From positions 32,001-96,000 of the IMG/VR virus record IMGVR_UViG_3300043774_000656: 64,000 bases of DNA, one strand, 5' to 3'. The translations under genes and the position numbers were made by a program. How positions within the stretch are numbered: the first letter of the stretch is position 1; each line of letters opens with the position of its first letter. Source of the DNA: a virus. The notes below the pieces were generated by a model. That model was not told the DNA's origin. It ran no database searches and saw nothing but the letters and a program-made list of their open reading frames with translations. Of this stretch, positions 40,140 to 49,453 are shown piece after piece.

Positions 40140-40857
40140 GTTCTAGATATTTATCAAGGAAGCCATTGTCGACTAATTCCCTTGTAAGCATTTTAGATAT
40201 TATAGAATCGCTTGGATAGTGCACTCCGCCTTTTATTCGACTCATTGTAATCTTTTCTGCCATATCAACCAGCTGCATTGCCTTTTCAGGATATCTTTTG
40301 GCTAAAAGAAAAGCTACATTATACGAGTCAAAAGCGTGACCACTAGGATATGCTGGACTGTTAGCATCGGTTGCAAGATATGGGTACAGGTTAATAGCAT
40401 ACTGATATGCTAACTGTAAAGGTCTAGGTCTCTGGTAATGATACTTAAGTAAAAATACAATACTGTCTGTTTCAATAAAGAACCTGTGAATCTCATCTCT
40501 GCTAATACCGGGTATATTCAATTCCTTTAAGTATTCATGCCAGACTTTAGCATGATCTTTTTCACAGGCAGTAATAAACCCTTTGTCTTCATCGGTCAGA
40601 GCATCCTGTAAAGAGATCATATAGTCTATTTCAGCTTTAGCAACTCTTTCACCTCCTTCAATGAAGCTTTGCCATGGCATACTATAATACTTATTAAGTA
40701 CACCGCTCTTTATTATGGCGTCACATAGCTCATTAGGTTTAAGCATGGTCCCCATTTGATAAAGGGTTGGATTACCATAGACAAAGCCTGTACGTGTTGC
40801 CATAGGTTTAGGAACACTCATGGATTTCATTGCTTGTCTAAAGGCATTTGCTATCAT
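40126..40857 (-). CDS. PAP2/haloperoxidase-family phosphatase
   Basis: K-x6-RP (KYHYQRPRP), PSGH, SR-x5-HYPSD motifs. Confidence 0.85.
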   Translation of the reverse strand: MIANAFRQAMKSMSVPKPMATRTGFVYGNPTLYQMGTMLKPNELCDAIIKSGVLNKYYSMPWQSFIEGGERVAKAEIDYMISLQDALTDEDKGFITACEKDHAKVWHEYLKELNIPGISRDEIHRFFIETDSIVFLLKYHYQRPRPLQLAYQYAINLYPYLATDANSPAYPSGHAFDSYNVAFLLAKRYPEKAMQLVDMAEKITMSRIKGGVHYPSDSIISKMLTRELVDNGFLDKYLEHEKH

Positions 40858-40860
40858 GGG

Positions 40861-41091
40861 TTATGTATCTTGAATTTTGAATTTATATTTTTCATGTTCA
40901 GGTATATCTACCTGTTCAAGTTCAAGAATCCAAAGAAATTCACCAGAACTTATGTTTTCTATCTCATAGTTAGTGATATAATATTGGCCGGATAAGTCAT
41001 CCTGCATCGGGTTAAAAATACCCCAGTCTGAATACATCTTTCCATGATATTCAGTATACTGTTCATTTGTAATGTAAGCTATCTTTATCAT
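40861..41091 (-). CDS. hypothetical protein
   Basis: 76-aa ORF coupled to fibre cluster. Confidence 0.6.
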   Translation of the reverse strand: MIKIAYITNEQYTEYHGKMYSDWGIFNPMQDDLSGQYYITNYEIENISSGEFLWILELEQVDIPEHEKYKFKIQDT

Positions 41092-42608
41092 GCTCTACCT
41101 AAAAGTATTTGATATTGTTGAACTATATTGTTAAAGTCGGTAGGTTCAGTACCTGTTAAAGCTGTCGATCCCCATGCAGCTAAAGCCTGTCTTCTTAAAC
41201 CGCCATTTGCGGCATTTGTAGAGAATAGATAAGGAGCTGTGGTCGAGTTATTAGAACCTGAAGTGGGCGTGAGAACGATTGATCCATTCCTGTAAAGAGG
41301 TGAGGGCTGGCTTAAACCGGGTATATTTACCAGCCAGAAACCCGTGGTAGTTGTATTTGCGGCGTTAATATTTGTAGCTCCTCCGAAAGGACGAATAAGC
41401 AAGCTAGATCCATTAGTTGCCTGAAAATCCATCCTGTTTGTTGTACCAAACCAGTCATAACCGTTAGTAGTGTTTTGCTCATTGATATAAACACACATAA
41501 AGGCCTGAGTCCAGCCTAATGTAGTCCATGTGGTCGTGACCGGCGTGAGAGCGAATGAACTTGTTGTCTGCGGATCCATGCCAGACAAAGTATGTGTAAA
41601 AGAACCGGAAAGACCTAGAGAAGCTAGCTGTACAACATCTCTGATTTGAGTTGCAGCATTAGTTCCTACCATAGGAAAAAGATATTGTAACTTACTAAAG
41701 ATCGTAGTGTTTCTAAGATTTGTAATTAAATAATCCAGGCTGTTCTGTTGATTAGAATCAACGTTAGCGAAACCTACAGTATTCAAAAATCTATTAGTGT
41801 ATATGTCAAAATTCGGATTGATGGTATAGAGCTGTCTACCTAAAAGCTCTTGATATTGTTCTATTATTTCTTCAAGGATGATCGCCTCTGCTGTTGTATA
41901 GGCCTGTGATACAAAGGCTAACCTCATATTATTAATTTCAACTGAGGCTGATCTTGAAAGTTGTATAATCCATGAGCCTGATGATACCGTACTTCTTGTG
42001 AAGTTTGCATAAACGAATTGATTCCTAAACGAATAAGCGCTAGTGCCAGTAGATGTACTTGCAAATTGTAAACCAGGTATACCCGTGGCAAAAAAAGTGC
42101 CACCACCACCGCCGCCTGCTATTCTAACACTATTTCCACCGAGTAAAAATGATGGACCTGAGGAGAGAATAGTATTACCGAAAGTAATAATACCACTGGG
42201 ATTCCAGGTTCCATAATACGCAAATGATAGATTAGTAACGTCTACATTAGAATCAAGAAATCCGGTAGTTGCGTTAGCATTAGCAGATGGGGTACCTGAT
42301 ATACCGTTAGAATCATGCACAAATGAACCTGTAAAAGTTATAGCGTATAGCGAAGGATCAATGAGATTAAAACGATGTGACGTTGAGTTACCTCCGATAA
42401 ACGGATATAAAACATGAAACCTGTTCCAGAACCCATTTTCTTTAAGTGCGGTTACTAAATAATTTAAGGCAATTATCTGTGCAGGATCTGTAATGTTAGC
42501 ATATGCCGATGAAACAAAGGTCTGCACAGCAGGATCAACACCTCCTGACCAGCCTCTCTGCCTATCTGTAATACTGGGTAATCTTCTATCTGATGTAGTG
42601 TGTAACAT
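41088..42608 (-). CDS. virion appendage protein with internally duplicated domain (lectin-like)
   Basis: two ~250-aa repeats ending QYQELLGR and QYQILLGR. Confidence 0.6.
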   Translation of the reverse strand: MLHTTSDRRLPSITDRQRGWSGGVDPAVQTFVSSAYANITDPAQIIALNYLVTALKENGFWNRFHVLYPFIGGNSTSHRFNLIDPSLYAITFTGSFVHDSNGISGTPSANANATTGFLDSNVDVTNLSFAYYGTWNPSGIITFGNTILSSGPSFLLGGNSVRIAGGGGGGTFFATGIPGLQFASTSTGTSAYSFRNQFVYANFTRSTVSSGSWIIQLSRSASVEINNMRLAFVSQAYTTAEAIILEEIIEQYQELLGRQLYTINPNFDIYTNRFLNTVGFANVDSNQQNSLDYLITNLRNTTIFSKLQYLFPMVGTNAATQIRDVVQLASLGLSGSFTHTLSGMDPQTTSSFALTPVTTTWTTLGWTQAFMCVYINEQNTTNGYDWFGTTNRMDFQATNGSSLLIRPFGGATNINAANTTTTGFWLVNIPGLSQPSPLYRNGSIVLTPTSGSNNSTTAPYLFSTNAANGGLRRQALAAWGSTALTGTEPTDFNNIVQQYQILLGRA

Positions 42609-43048
42609 TAGAAATCTCTTTTCATTATCATAAACGTCATAGTACCTGATGTCAGAGCGCTATTCATTTTAGCTCTAAGCTTCCATCCATTCGGGAGAAG
42701 AACATAATAATTTTGATCTCTGTCTAGATAACGAACAAAAATGTTATTGTTATCCACTGCTTGTATTAAGCGATATGGATTTGGTGCACTTGCTGAAGTA
42801 CCCTGATTAGCTGCAACACCTGCAGTACTTAAAAGTGATTTAATTGGCACGTCATTAGAACCATCAGAAAGGTATATCGTAATTGGTACCTGAGAGCCCT
42901 CTGTGCTGGTTATAAAAACCTCATATACCCAAGAGTCATCGGCTGATGCTGATACTAAATCTTTGGTTGATGTACTGTCAGCACTGGTAAAAGTGACCAG
43001 TGTGTAATTTTGATTTGCTAAAAAGTAAGCTGTTGTATTCTTTGCCAT
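42608..43048 (-). CDS. small beta-rich virion/fibre adaptor protein
   Basis: LLPNGWKLRA C-terminal motif, follows collagen-like gene. Confidence 0.5.
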   Translation of the reverse strand: MAKNTTAYFLANQNYTLVTFTSADSTSTKDLVSASADDSWVYEVFITSTEGSQVPITIYLSDGSNDVPIKSLLSTAGVAANQGTSASAPNPYRLIQAVDNNNIFVRYLDRDQNYYVLLPNGWKLRAKMNSALTSGTMTFMIMKRDF

Positions 43049-43061
43049 ATTCTATATTTTA

Positions 43062-44078
43062 TTATCCTGGAAATGAACCCATAAATGAAAGAGGGGTATT
43101 GTTTCCGCTTGAACCACTTGAACCACTTGAACCTGAAGAACCATCTGTGCCAGATGTACCGCTTGAACCAGAAACTCCAGTCCCACCTGATGTACCACTT
43201 GAGCCAGAAACTCCTATTGCACCAGACGTACCTGAAGAACCATCTGTGCCAGATGTACCACTTGAGCCAGAAACTCCAGTCCCACCTGATGTACCTGAAG
43301 AACCATCTGTGCCAGATGTACCACTTGAGCCGGATGCACCTGTTGCTCCTGACGTACCTGAAGAACCGTCTGTGCCGGATGTACCAGAGCTACCTGATGA
43401 ACCACTACTACCACTTGAACCAGACGAGCTCGATGAACCACTGCTACCACTTGTGCCGTTTGCTCCTGATGTACTTACCTGTACACCTATAAGTATTATA
43501 AGATCAGTGTTATTTGGAAAATTTGTACTACCGACACCATTAGATGATATCAATGTGACAGGATAAGTCCAGTAATTATTAGGAACTGTAGTCGGTGTGC
43601 CATTTACTTTCCAGATCTGATAATCCACAGAGTTATTTCTATCTTGAATTATTATCTGCTGGTTGATTTGAATAAGACCTAAAATTACATCTATATCCTG
43701 GTTGTTTTGGTCAAGATGATCTATACTAATGCTAGTAGAGTTTATCTGCGTCGCATTATTCCAGATGATATTTCCAGCACCTGGGTCGCCTGACTGTATA
43801 GTAGTTTCAGCAGCATAATCAAATAAACTTGAAGATGCACCGTTTATACCACTGGTACCGTTTATACCACTTGTGCCTGAAGTACCGGCAACACCGCTGG
43901 TTCCTGAACTACCTGCAGTACCTGAGCTACCTGCAGTGCCTGAAGGTCCAACTGGACCTGGTGCACCAGGTGAGCCTAGAGTTTGCCAGGCAGATCCATT
44001 CCATTCCCAGGACTCTCCTGTAGGAAGTGTGTATATCTGTCCGATACTTAACGGCGGTGGTGGAAAACTTATTGGCAT
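43062..44078 (-). CDS. collagen-like (Gly-X-Y; GTS/GSS) fibre protein
   Basis: long G-T-S/G-S-S triplet tracts; ISFP..GQIYT..WEWNGSAW N-terminus. Confidence 0.75.
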   Translation of the reverse strand: MPISFPPPPLSIGQIYTLPTGESWEWNGSAWQTLGSPGAPGPVGPSGTAGSSGTAGSSGTSGVAGTSGTSGINGTSGINGASSSLFDYAAETTIQSGDPGAGNIIWNNATQINSTSISIDHLDQNNQDIDVILGLIQINQQIIIQDRNNSVDYQIWKVNGTPTTVPNNYWTYPVTLISSNGVGSTNFPNNTDLIILIGVQVSTSGANGTSGSSGSSSSSGSSGSSGSSGSSGTSGTDGSSGTSGATGASGSSGTSGTDGSSGTSGGTGVSGSSGTSGTDGSSGTSGAIGVSGSSGTSGGTGVSGSSGTSGTDGSSGSSGSSGSSGNNTPLSFMGSFPG

Positions 44079-44082
44079 ATTT

Positions 44083-45306
44083 TTATCTTGTTATTTCCTC
44101 CCAGTCCATAGATCCATAGACCGTTTCGCCGTTGGTGGAAGCAGCTACGGCTAAACATATTTCATGCGGATCCGGGATAAAAGGATCACGTTCAAGCTGA
44201 AATCTAAAAAGGGCCTCTTTAAGAACGTCGGTGTTTACTGATGCTTGTATAGTGGATGAAAGATATCCTGTAGCAAGCGTTCTACCACCAGAAACGCCTG
44301 TTCCGGTGATGTTATATTCTACTGCAGAATCGGCACCTGCTGATACCCACGATCCGCCGGCAGTTGTACAACTTTCAAGCATTTTCCAATTGTATTTTCC
44401 AGTACCAGCTCCCATAATTGAAAGAGCTGAAATAATTGCAATTGCGTCTAACGCTGTAGTTTTTAATCTTATGCTAATAATAGGATAGTATGTTCCTCCA
44501 GTTGCAAGAGAAACTGGGGTAGTAATAGGCGTAACGACAGCCTGTTGAACTCCATGCATTTCATATCCGCCTTCAGATATTACCGAAGAACATATTTGTT
44601 TAAATGTACTACCTGTTACAGTACCTGCAGTATTAAAGATCTCATATCGTAGAGGTAATGATGCAGTAGTAATATATGTTGATGTGATAATGTTTGCGTG
44701 ATGAAATATGTGACACGTATGAAACTCACCATTAATGACAAATCCACAACGAACACTGCCTACGCCTAGCCATTCAAAGTCCATAAAGAGGATTTGCGCC
44801 TTAGTAATATCTAAGGTAATACCAGAAGGACCGGTGCCATCCATTGGATCTACATTCCAGGAAGCTTGTGCAACTGGCGTATCAACAAGTACGCCAGTTA
44901 CGGAACTCCTCTCTACAAGTGAAAGCGTAGAATTTGCTAATTGCAAAAACATACCGTTTGCTGCTCCGTAATAACCAACTCTTTGTGTTAGGCCTGACTG
45001 CGCAGGTGCCATAACAAATGTATTAAGAGCTAGGAGACTCTTGCCAGGCTGATATGCAAACACCTTATAGGTTTCACGTCTTATCGTTGATCCCGATGCG
45101 GCTGTCACATTTAGGTTTACTAAACCTTCGTTTGCATCAAAAACAGCGGTACCGCCAGTGGCAGTTTGAGTAGCCCAAAGACCGTTATCTTTGTAACGAT
45201 GTGACGAATCGAAAAGCGTAAACGGCTCTGATATACGCAATCTTCCGAATGAATCGAAATTATTAGTATATGCAAACTTTATTTTATCCGTGTAGGTGTA
45301 CGACAT
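44083..45306 (-). CDS. putative virion structural protein
   Basis: DSFGRLRISEPFTLFD, YQPGKS, FEWLGVG pattern recalled from aquatic phage structural proteins. Confidence 0.55.
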   Translation of the reverse strand: MSYTYTDKIKFAYTNNFDSFGRLRISEPFTLFDSSHRYKDNGLWATQTATGGTAVFDANEGLVNLNVTAASGSTIRRETYKVFAYQPGKSLLALNTFVMAPAQSGLTQRVGYYGAANGMFLQLANSTLSLVERSSVTGVLVDTPVAQASWNVDPMDGTGPSGITLDITKAQILFMDFEWLGVGSVRCGFVINGEFHTCHIFHHANIITSTYITTASLPLRYEIFNTAGTVTGSTFKQICSSVISEGGYEMHGVQQAVVTPITTPVSLATGGTYYPIISIRLKTTALDAIAIISALSIMGAGTGKYNWKMLESCTTAGGSWVSAGADSAVEYNITGTGVSGGRTLATGYLSSTIQASVNTDVLKEALFRFQLERDPFIPDPHEICLAVAASTNGETVYGSMDWEEITR

Positions 45307-45312
45307 ATTTCT

Positions 45313-46194
45313 TTATATTGTTTTCCAGGAATTGTTTCTGAATAAAAAGTTTAATGACATTCTATCTATTTTCATCAATACTGATGATTCTCCATTGATT
45401 AGTTGTCCACCTTGCCCTTGTACCAGTATGCCTCTGTTGCCATAGCTTATACCTCCTACCTCATCTGCAATATTGATAAACTTTCCTTCATCAGAAGGCA
45501 CAGTTCCTAATGGGAGTGTAATAGTACAAACTCCTGTATTATATGTAACTCCATAATATTCGTATGCAAAAGTCGGAGAATAGGTTGAAGTGTTAATATA
45601 ACTTGCCTGATACGTAACATTACCTAATTGTGTAGGCTGCATCCAAAGATACTGTGTTCCATCCCATACCCAAACATATTCTATACCGTTGTCATTGTCA
45701 ATCCATCTTGCTCCTACATTAGTAGGATCTGGTGACGGACGTGTCGGTTGGTAGTAAAATTCAGTAACACCTGAAGTACCAGATGAGCCAGATGAGCCAG
45801 ATGAGCCAGATGAGCCAGATGAGCCAGAAGTTCCTGTTACACCACTTGTACCAGATGTACCTCTAGTTCCCGATGTACCATCTATACCTGATGCTCCTGT
45901 TGCACCGCTTGTACCAGATGTACCTCTAGTTCCAGATGTACCATTTACACCACTTGTACCACTTGAACCTCTAGTACCTGAAGTACCGCTTTGACCATTT
46001 GTACCTGAAGTACCATTTGTACCTCCTCCGCCACCACCACCTCCATTTGTACCAGATGTACCACTTGTACCTCCACCTCCAATGTTTAATGGAAAACCTA
46101 AACCGTCGTAGTAGTTACCTGCGCCATCGGTTTGAACTACTCGTTCAAACGTAGAAGATATAAGTTTATTGGTTAAATCAAATGGTCCTGGCAT
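45313..46194 (-). CDS. collagen-like (GTS) fibre protein
   Basis: Gly-X-Y tract; TITLP..INIADEVG C-terminal fibre domain. Confidence 0.75.
   Translation of the reverse strand: MPGPFDLTNKLISSTFERVVQTDGAGNYYDGLGFPLNIGGGGTSGTSGTNGGGGGGGGTNGTSGTNGQSGTSGTRGSSGTSGVNGTSGTRGTSGTSGATGASGIDGTSGTRGTSGTSGVTGTSGSSGSSGSSGSSGSSGTSGVTEFYYQPTRPSPDPTNVGARWIDNDNGIEYVWVWDGTQYLWMQPTQLGNVTYQASYINTSTYSPTFAYEYYGVTYNTGVCTITLPLGTVPSDEGKFINIADEVGGISYGNRGILVQGQGGQLINGESSVLMKIDRMSLNFLFRNNSWKTI
45779..45826. repeat. perfect 9-bp tandem repeat (CCAGATGAG)x5 encoding (GSS)n
   Basis: read directly. Confidence 0.9.
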
Positions 46195-46199
46195 GAAAT

Positions 46200-46226
46200 T
46201 TATATTCGATTAGACGTTATTGTTTA
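46200..46226 (-). promoter_or_regulatory. putative middle promoter TAAAC-N17-TATAA
   Basis: recurrent spaced motif. Confidence 0.4.
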
Positions 46227-46762
46227 AAGCTGACCTTTACACCTTTCTGTGATCCGAATTTAACATTAACCTTTTTAGAAAGTGTAACTACAAATTCATC
46301 CTCCCATCCAACAAACAGCTGATCATCAACAATTATCTCTAATCTAATATCACCCTTTGTGCCTTCAGCTAGGGGAATACCTTTCTTAATAGGCACTGAG
46401 CATTGACCATCTTTATCTAATTCGCCATACAGCACTATGTTCCAGACCTTAGAATCAAGAACCAATCTTATCTGAGCTGTATCTGGGTTAGCGCCTTCTA
46501 TAGAAATGTTACATTCGAAATTTTCATCCTTGTCTTTGAAAATTCTATAGGAATCTTTTTCTGGTTCACCAGACGATGTAACTATCTTAATAGTATCATC
46601 TTCATTAAGAAGACTGTTTACATCATTTTCAAATTCTTCAAATAGATCATCGAAGTTAACATCGTTCACAGCCTGTTCTTTAAGATCCTGAATACGATCA
46701 ATTATAGAATTACGATAGTCTTTATCGTTATCCATATAATCATTGTAACTTTTGACTGACAT
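46217..46762 (-). CDS. hypothetical acidic protein
   Basis: 181-aa ORF. Confidence 0.7.
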   Translation of the reverse strand: MSVKSYNDYMDNDKDYRNSIIDRIQDLKEQAVNDVNFDDLFEEFENDVNSLLNEDDTIKIVTSSGEPEKDSYRIFKDKDENFECNISIEGANPDTAQIRLVLDSKVWNIVLYGELDKDGQCSVPIKKGIPLAEGTKGDIRLEIIVDDQLFVGWEDEFVVTLSKKVNVKFGSQKGVKVSFKQ

Positions 46763-47145
46763 TAACTTTTATTTCTTTTTTTCACGTCTACTGAAATGAC
46801 TTTAACTGTAGGCATTACAATTGATAGGGTATTCTTGATATGGTCTACGGTAATTTCCTTTTTCATATCATCAACTTCTCTTATCTCTTTTTTCTTTAGA
46901 CCATTAACCTCTACAACGACTTCTAAAAATCTTGTAGCTTCCTCATCACTGTAACCCTTTTTCTTAAGAGTCTTTTCAATGCTTCTCCATACCGGTCCTT
47001 TTTTAGGGGCTTTGAATGCACCACCTCCTGCAACTGCACCGGCAAACTGTTCTATGAGTATAAACACCTGGCTCCAAATATATGGATTGTCACTCCATGA
47101 AATACCTGGCCAATTCCAAGGTAGATATTTTTTATAGGATGACAT
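46762..47145 (-). CDS. hypothetical protein
   Basis: 127-aa ORF. Confidence 0.65.
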   Translation of the reverse strand: MSSYKKYLPWNWPGISWSDNPYIWSQVFILIEQFAGAVAGGGAFKAPKKGPVWRSIEKTLKKKGYSDEEATRFLEVVVEVNGLKKKEIREVDDMKKEITVDHIKNTLSIVMPTVKVISVDVKKRNKS

Positions 47146-47168
47146 AGTGTATAAGCATAACAGTTAAG

Positions 47169-47176
47169 CTATATAT
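47169..47176 (-). promoter_or_regulatory. putative late promoter variant ATATATAG
   Basis: head of the fibre cluster. Confidence 0.45.
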
Positions 47177-47184
47177 TCAAATCA

Positions 47185-48231
47185 CTATTTATTATATCTT
47201 CTGACAGACTGTTCAGATACAATAACTACCTCAGTATTACCAATAAACTGATAAAGGTCTTTGCTGTTAGTGTAGCTCATTGCTGAAGCCAAATAATGTT
47301 CAAAATTTGAAACCCAGCTTGACAGGGTGTATTGAACCTTTCTGTTGGCAATTATACCTTCTGAAGTCTTAAGTCTTTTTGAACCGAAAGATTTCTGAAC
47401 CTCTTTAGTACTCATACCTCTAAACTTCTTGTATAAAGGTAGCTTATACTTCATAGCCAGTTTAGCCAGCTTACCGTGTTGATCTATCTTAACGCCAAAT
47501 AGTGTAGTATCGCCAGCTGACTCTAATGATTTATTGAAAATGCTACCAACCATTACATACTGCGCACCAAGTGCAAGAGCTTTAATGACGTCAGCATAAT
47601 CTTTCATACCGCCGTCAGCAATGATACAAACACCCGACTTGCTTTCTCTCTGTATCACTGAACACTCTGAAATAAGAGAAGCCATTGGATAGCCAACACC
47701 CGTCTGCTGAGTAGTTAAACAGCCATTGCCATTACCAATACCTACTCTAACACCAAACAGCCACGGATATCTTCTAACAATATACGAATACGTATCAGGA
47801 TTTGCAATGTTACCAATCATCAGGGCAACACGATCTTTATGTTCAGTTTCTGCAAACTCATCCAATGTATCATATAGCTTTTTCATATGACCATTGGCCA
47901 TATCAATCAGTATACAGTTAGGAAGAACTTTTGCCGACATCATCTCTCTGAACTCGCTCAATGAGTAAGATTCAAATATAGGAAACTGAGACAGTGATGC
48001 ATGAATAGAATGCTCCTGACTTGATCTAGGTATGCAGTAACCTATTTTGTTCTTAATAAACTCTTGTTGATTACCACCCACCACAGTGTCCATAGGTGCT
48101 GCAATAATAGGTAGATGCCTGTCATTGCCCTCGCCGTAATAAATGTTGATGTCATTGAACCTTGACTCAATACTTGTAATTGTGTCAGGCTTAATAAGAA
48201 TGTCGTTTAAGTCGTACTTAGTTATGCTCAT
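47185..48231 (-). CDS. GMP reductase / IMP dehydrogenase family (no CBS domains)
   Basis: AAPMDTV, IDMANGH, VGIGNGNGCLT catalytic Cys, IIADGG, KALALGA; probable start MSITKYDLND. Confidence 0.88.
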   Translation of the reverse strand: MSITKYDLNDILIKPDTITSIESRFNDINIYYGEGNDRHLPIIAAPMDTVVGGNQQEFIKNKIGYCIPRSSQEHSIHASLSQFPIFESYSLSEFREMMSAKVLPNCILIDMANGHMKKLYDTLDEFAETEHKDRVALMIGNIANPDTYSYIVRRYPWLFGVRVGIGNGNGCLTTQQTGVGYPMASLISECSVIQRESKSGVCIIADGGMKDYADVIKALALGAQYVMVGSIFNKSLESAGDTTLFGVKIDQHGKLAKLAMKYKLPLYKKFRGMSTKEVQKSFGSKRLKTSEGIIANRKVQYTLSSWVSNFEHYLASAMSYTNSKDLYQFIGNTEVVIVSEQSVRRYNK

Positions 48232-48409
48232 AATTCCCCATCTGGTTGGTTGCGCTGTTAAACAAGTCTGCGTAATTTTTTTTCTGTGCTGATTTTGCTT
48301 TATGTTCCCATGCATCACGTTCAGCCTCAACCCCTTTAAGTTTAGACCTGTAATACATCTTGGCTACAAAAGCACCTAATAAAAAAGCTAGTATTATCAT
48401 TTCATCCAT
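48218..48409 (-). CDS. small membrane-anchored protein
   Basis: N-terminal hydrophobic helix. Confidence 0.55.
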   Translation of the reverse strand: MDEMIILAFLLGAFVAKMYYRSKLKGVEAERDAWEHKAKSAQKKNYADLFNSATNQMGNYEHN

Positions 48410-48756
48410 TCATGGAAGCCAAGTGACATGGCTTCGTTTATTTTTAAAGAGTTATCCTCTTTCATGTATTTAAGGGCAAATGCTACCACTTCGGCTTGAA
48501 GACCCTGACCTGCAGCATTCTCAAGATAAAACTGTATAGCCTTTACTGAAGATGCTAAGTCATCTGGCTCAGGATCTTTGTGCCTAACTTTAGAAATTTC
48601 CTTTACTTTATAATTAAAGCCTTTTGCATTCGCATTCAAGATATCACACATATCTTTAGCATCACATAGGTTATCGTACTCAAGTACTTCAGCCTGTGAG
48701 TCAAGCATTAAAGTATTTCTTTTAGTCCCTATCTCTTGTTTTACTATCTGGTACAT
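48397..48756 (-). CDS. hypothetical protein
   Basis: probable start MYQIVKQ at 48756. Confidence 0.6.
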   Translation of the reverse strand: MYQIVKQEIGTKRNTLMLDSQAEVLEYDNLCDAKDMCDILNANAKGFNYKVKEISKVRHKDPEPDDLASSVKAIQFYLENAAGQGLQAEVVAFALKYMKEDNSLKINEAMSLGFHEWMK

Positions 48757-48757
48757 A

Positions 48758-48919
48758 TTAAAATCTTTTAGTTGATATGAAACTAGAACCTGACCAGCAG
48801 AATGAACAAAACCAAGCGGTTGCCAATTCATACTGTGAAGATGTTAATGCAATAATACAACTGATCAAACTACAGACACAACCTACGCCTGCGGTCCATA
48901 AAAGAATTTTTTCACTCAT
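48758..48919 (-). CDS. 53-aa hydrophobic Cys-rich protein (not in ORF track)
   Basis: MSEKILLWTAGVGCVCSLISC..., fills gap, promoter motif upstream. Confidence 0.5.
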   Translation of the reverse strand: MSEKILLWTAGVGCVCSLISCIIALTSSQYELATAWFCSFCWSGSSFISTKRF

Positions 48920-48934
48920 GTTATTATTTTAAGT

Positions 48935-48961
48935 TTATAGCTAGTAATGATGCACTGTTTA
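48935..48961 (-). promoter_or_regulatory. putative middle promoter TAAAC-N17-TATAA
   Basis: recurrent spaced motif. Confidence 0.5.
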
Positions 48962-48968
48962 TGCCTGT

Positions 48969-49000
48969 AAAATAAAAAAGGTCGCTATTGCTAGCGACCT
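48969..49000 (-). terminator. rho-independent terminator
   Basis: AGGTCGCTA-GCAA-TAGCGACCT plus T-tract. Confidence 0.8.
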
Positions 49001-49024
49001 GTAAATTGTAAGTGTTCTAAAATC

Positions 49025-49270
49025 TTAGTCAATAATGCTATGATTTTGTACGCGACCACGAGACATATCATATGCGGCATTAATGATACGCTCGTTCATG
49101 TAGTGGCCATTAAGAACATCACTTACGTAGCTAGTTGAAAAACCAGTGCGATCAGCTACTTTAGTAACATCACCGCTACGACGGCGTGAGTTAATAGAAG
49201 CAAGCTTTGCGGTCAAGCTAATTTTCTTATAGCTTGCAGGGCGGTTTGAAAAATAATAATGAAAGTACAT
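49025..49270 (-). CDS. small helix-turn-helix DNA-binding protein
   Basis: VTKVADRTGFSTSYVSDVLNG HTH pattern. Confidence 0.7.
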   Translation of the reverse strand: MYFHYYFSNRPASYKKISLTAKLASINSRRRSGDVTKVADRTGFSTSYVSDVLNGHYMNERIINAAYDMSRGRVQNHSIID

Positions 49271-49298
49271 TGTAAATAAATTTTGGTTATTATGTATG

Positions 49299-49326
49299 TT
49301 ATAGGTGTCTAGGCATAAAATGTTTT
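49299..49326 (-). promoter_or_regulatory. putative middle promoter AAAAC-N18-TATAA
   Basis: recurrent spaced motif upstream of HTH gene. Confidence 0.45.
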
Positions 49327-49453
49327 ACTCAGCTGCTGACATTTCAATACATATACTAAATAATATCCTATCATGAAAAAAGCTATTTGTAAATTAGTGC
49401 AGAAGGTTACATTTGGTAAAATATGCCTAGGATGGTGTAAATTATAAAAGACA

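Noticed and set aside
41088-42608. Diversity-generating retroelement TR/VR pair
   Set aside because: The duplication is an old protein-level repeat, not adenine-specific variation, and there is no reverse transcriptase in the window
43000-44154. Plus-strand Pro/Glu/Val-rich ORFs (PEVP repeats)
   Set aside because: Antisense shadows of the Gly-Thr-Ser collagen-like gene
1055-45000. Numerous 60-160 aa plus-strand ORFs
   Set aside because: They lie antisense to long, motif-bearing minus-strand genes and have no recognisable motifs
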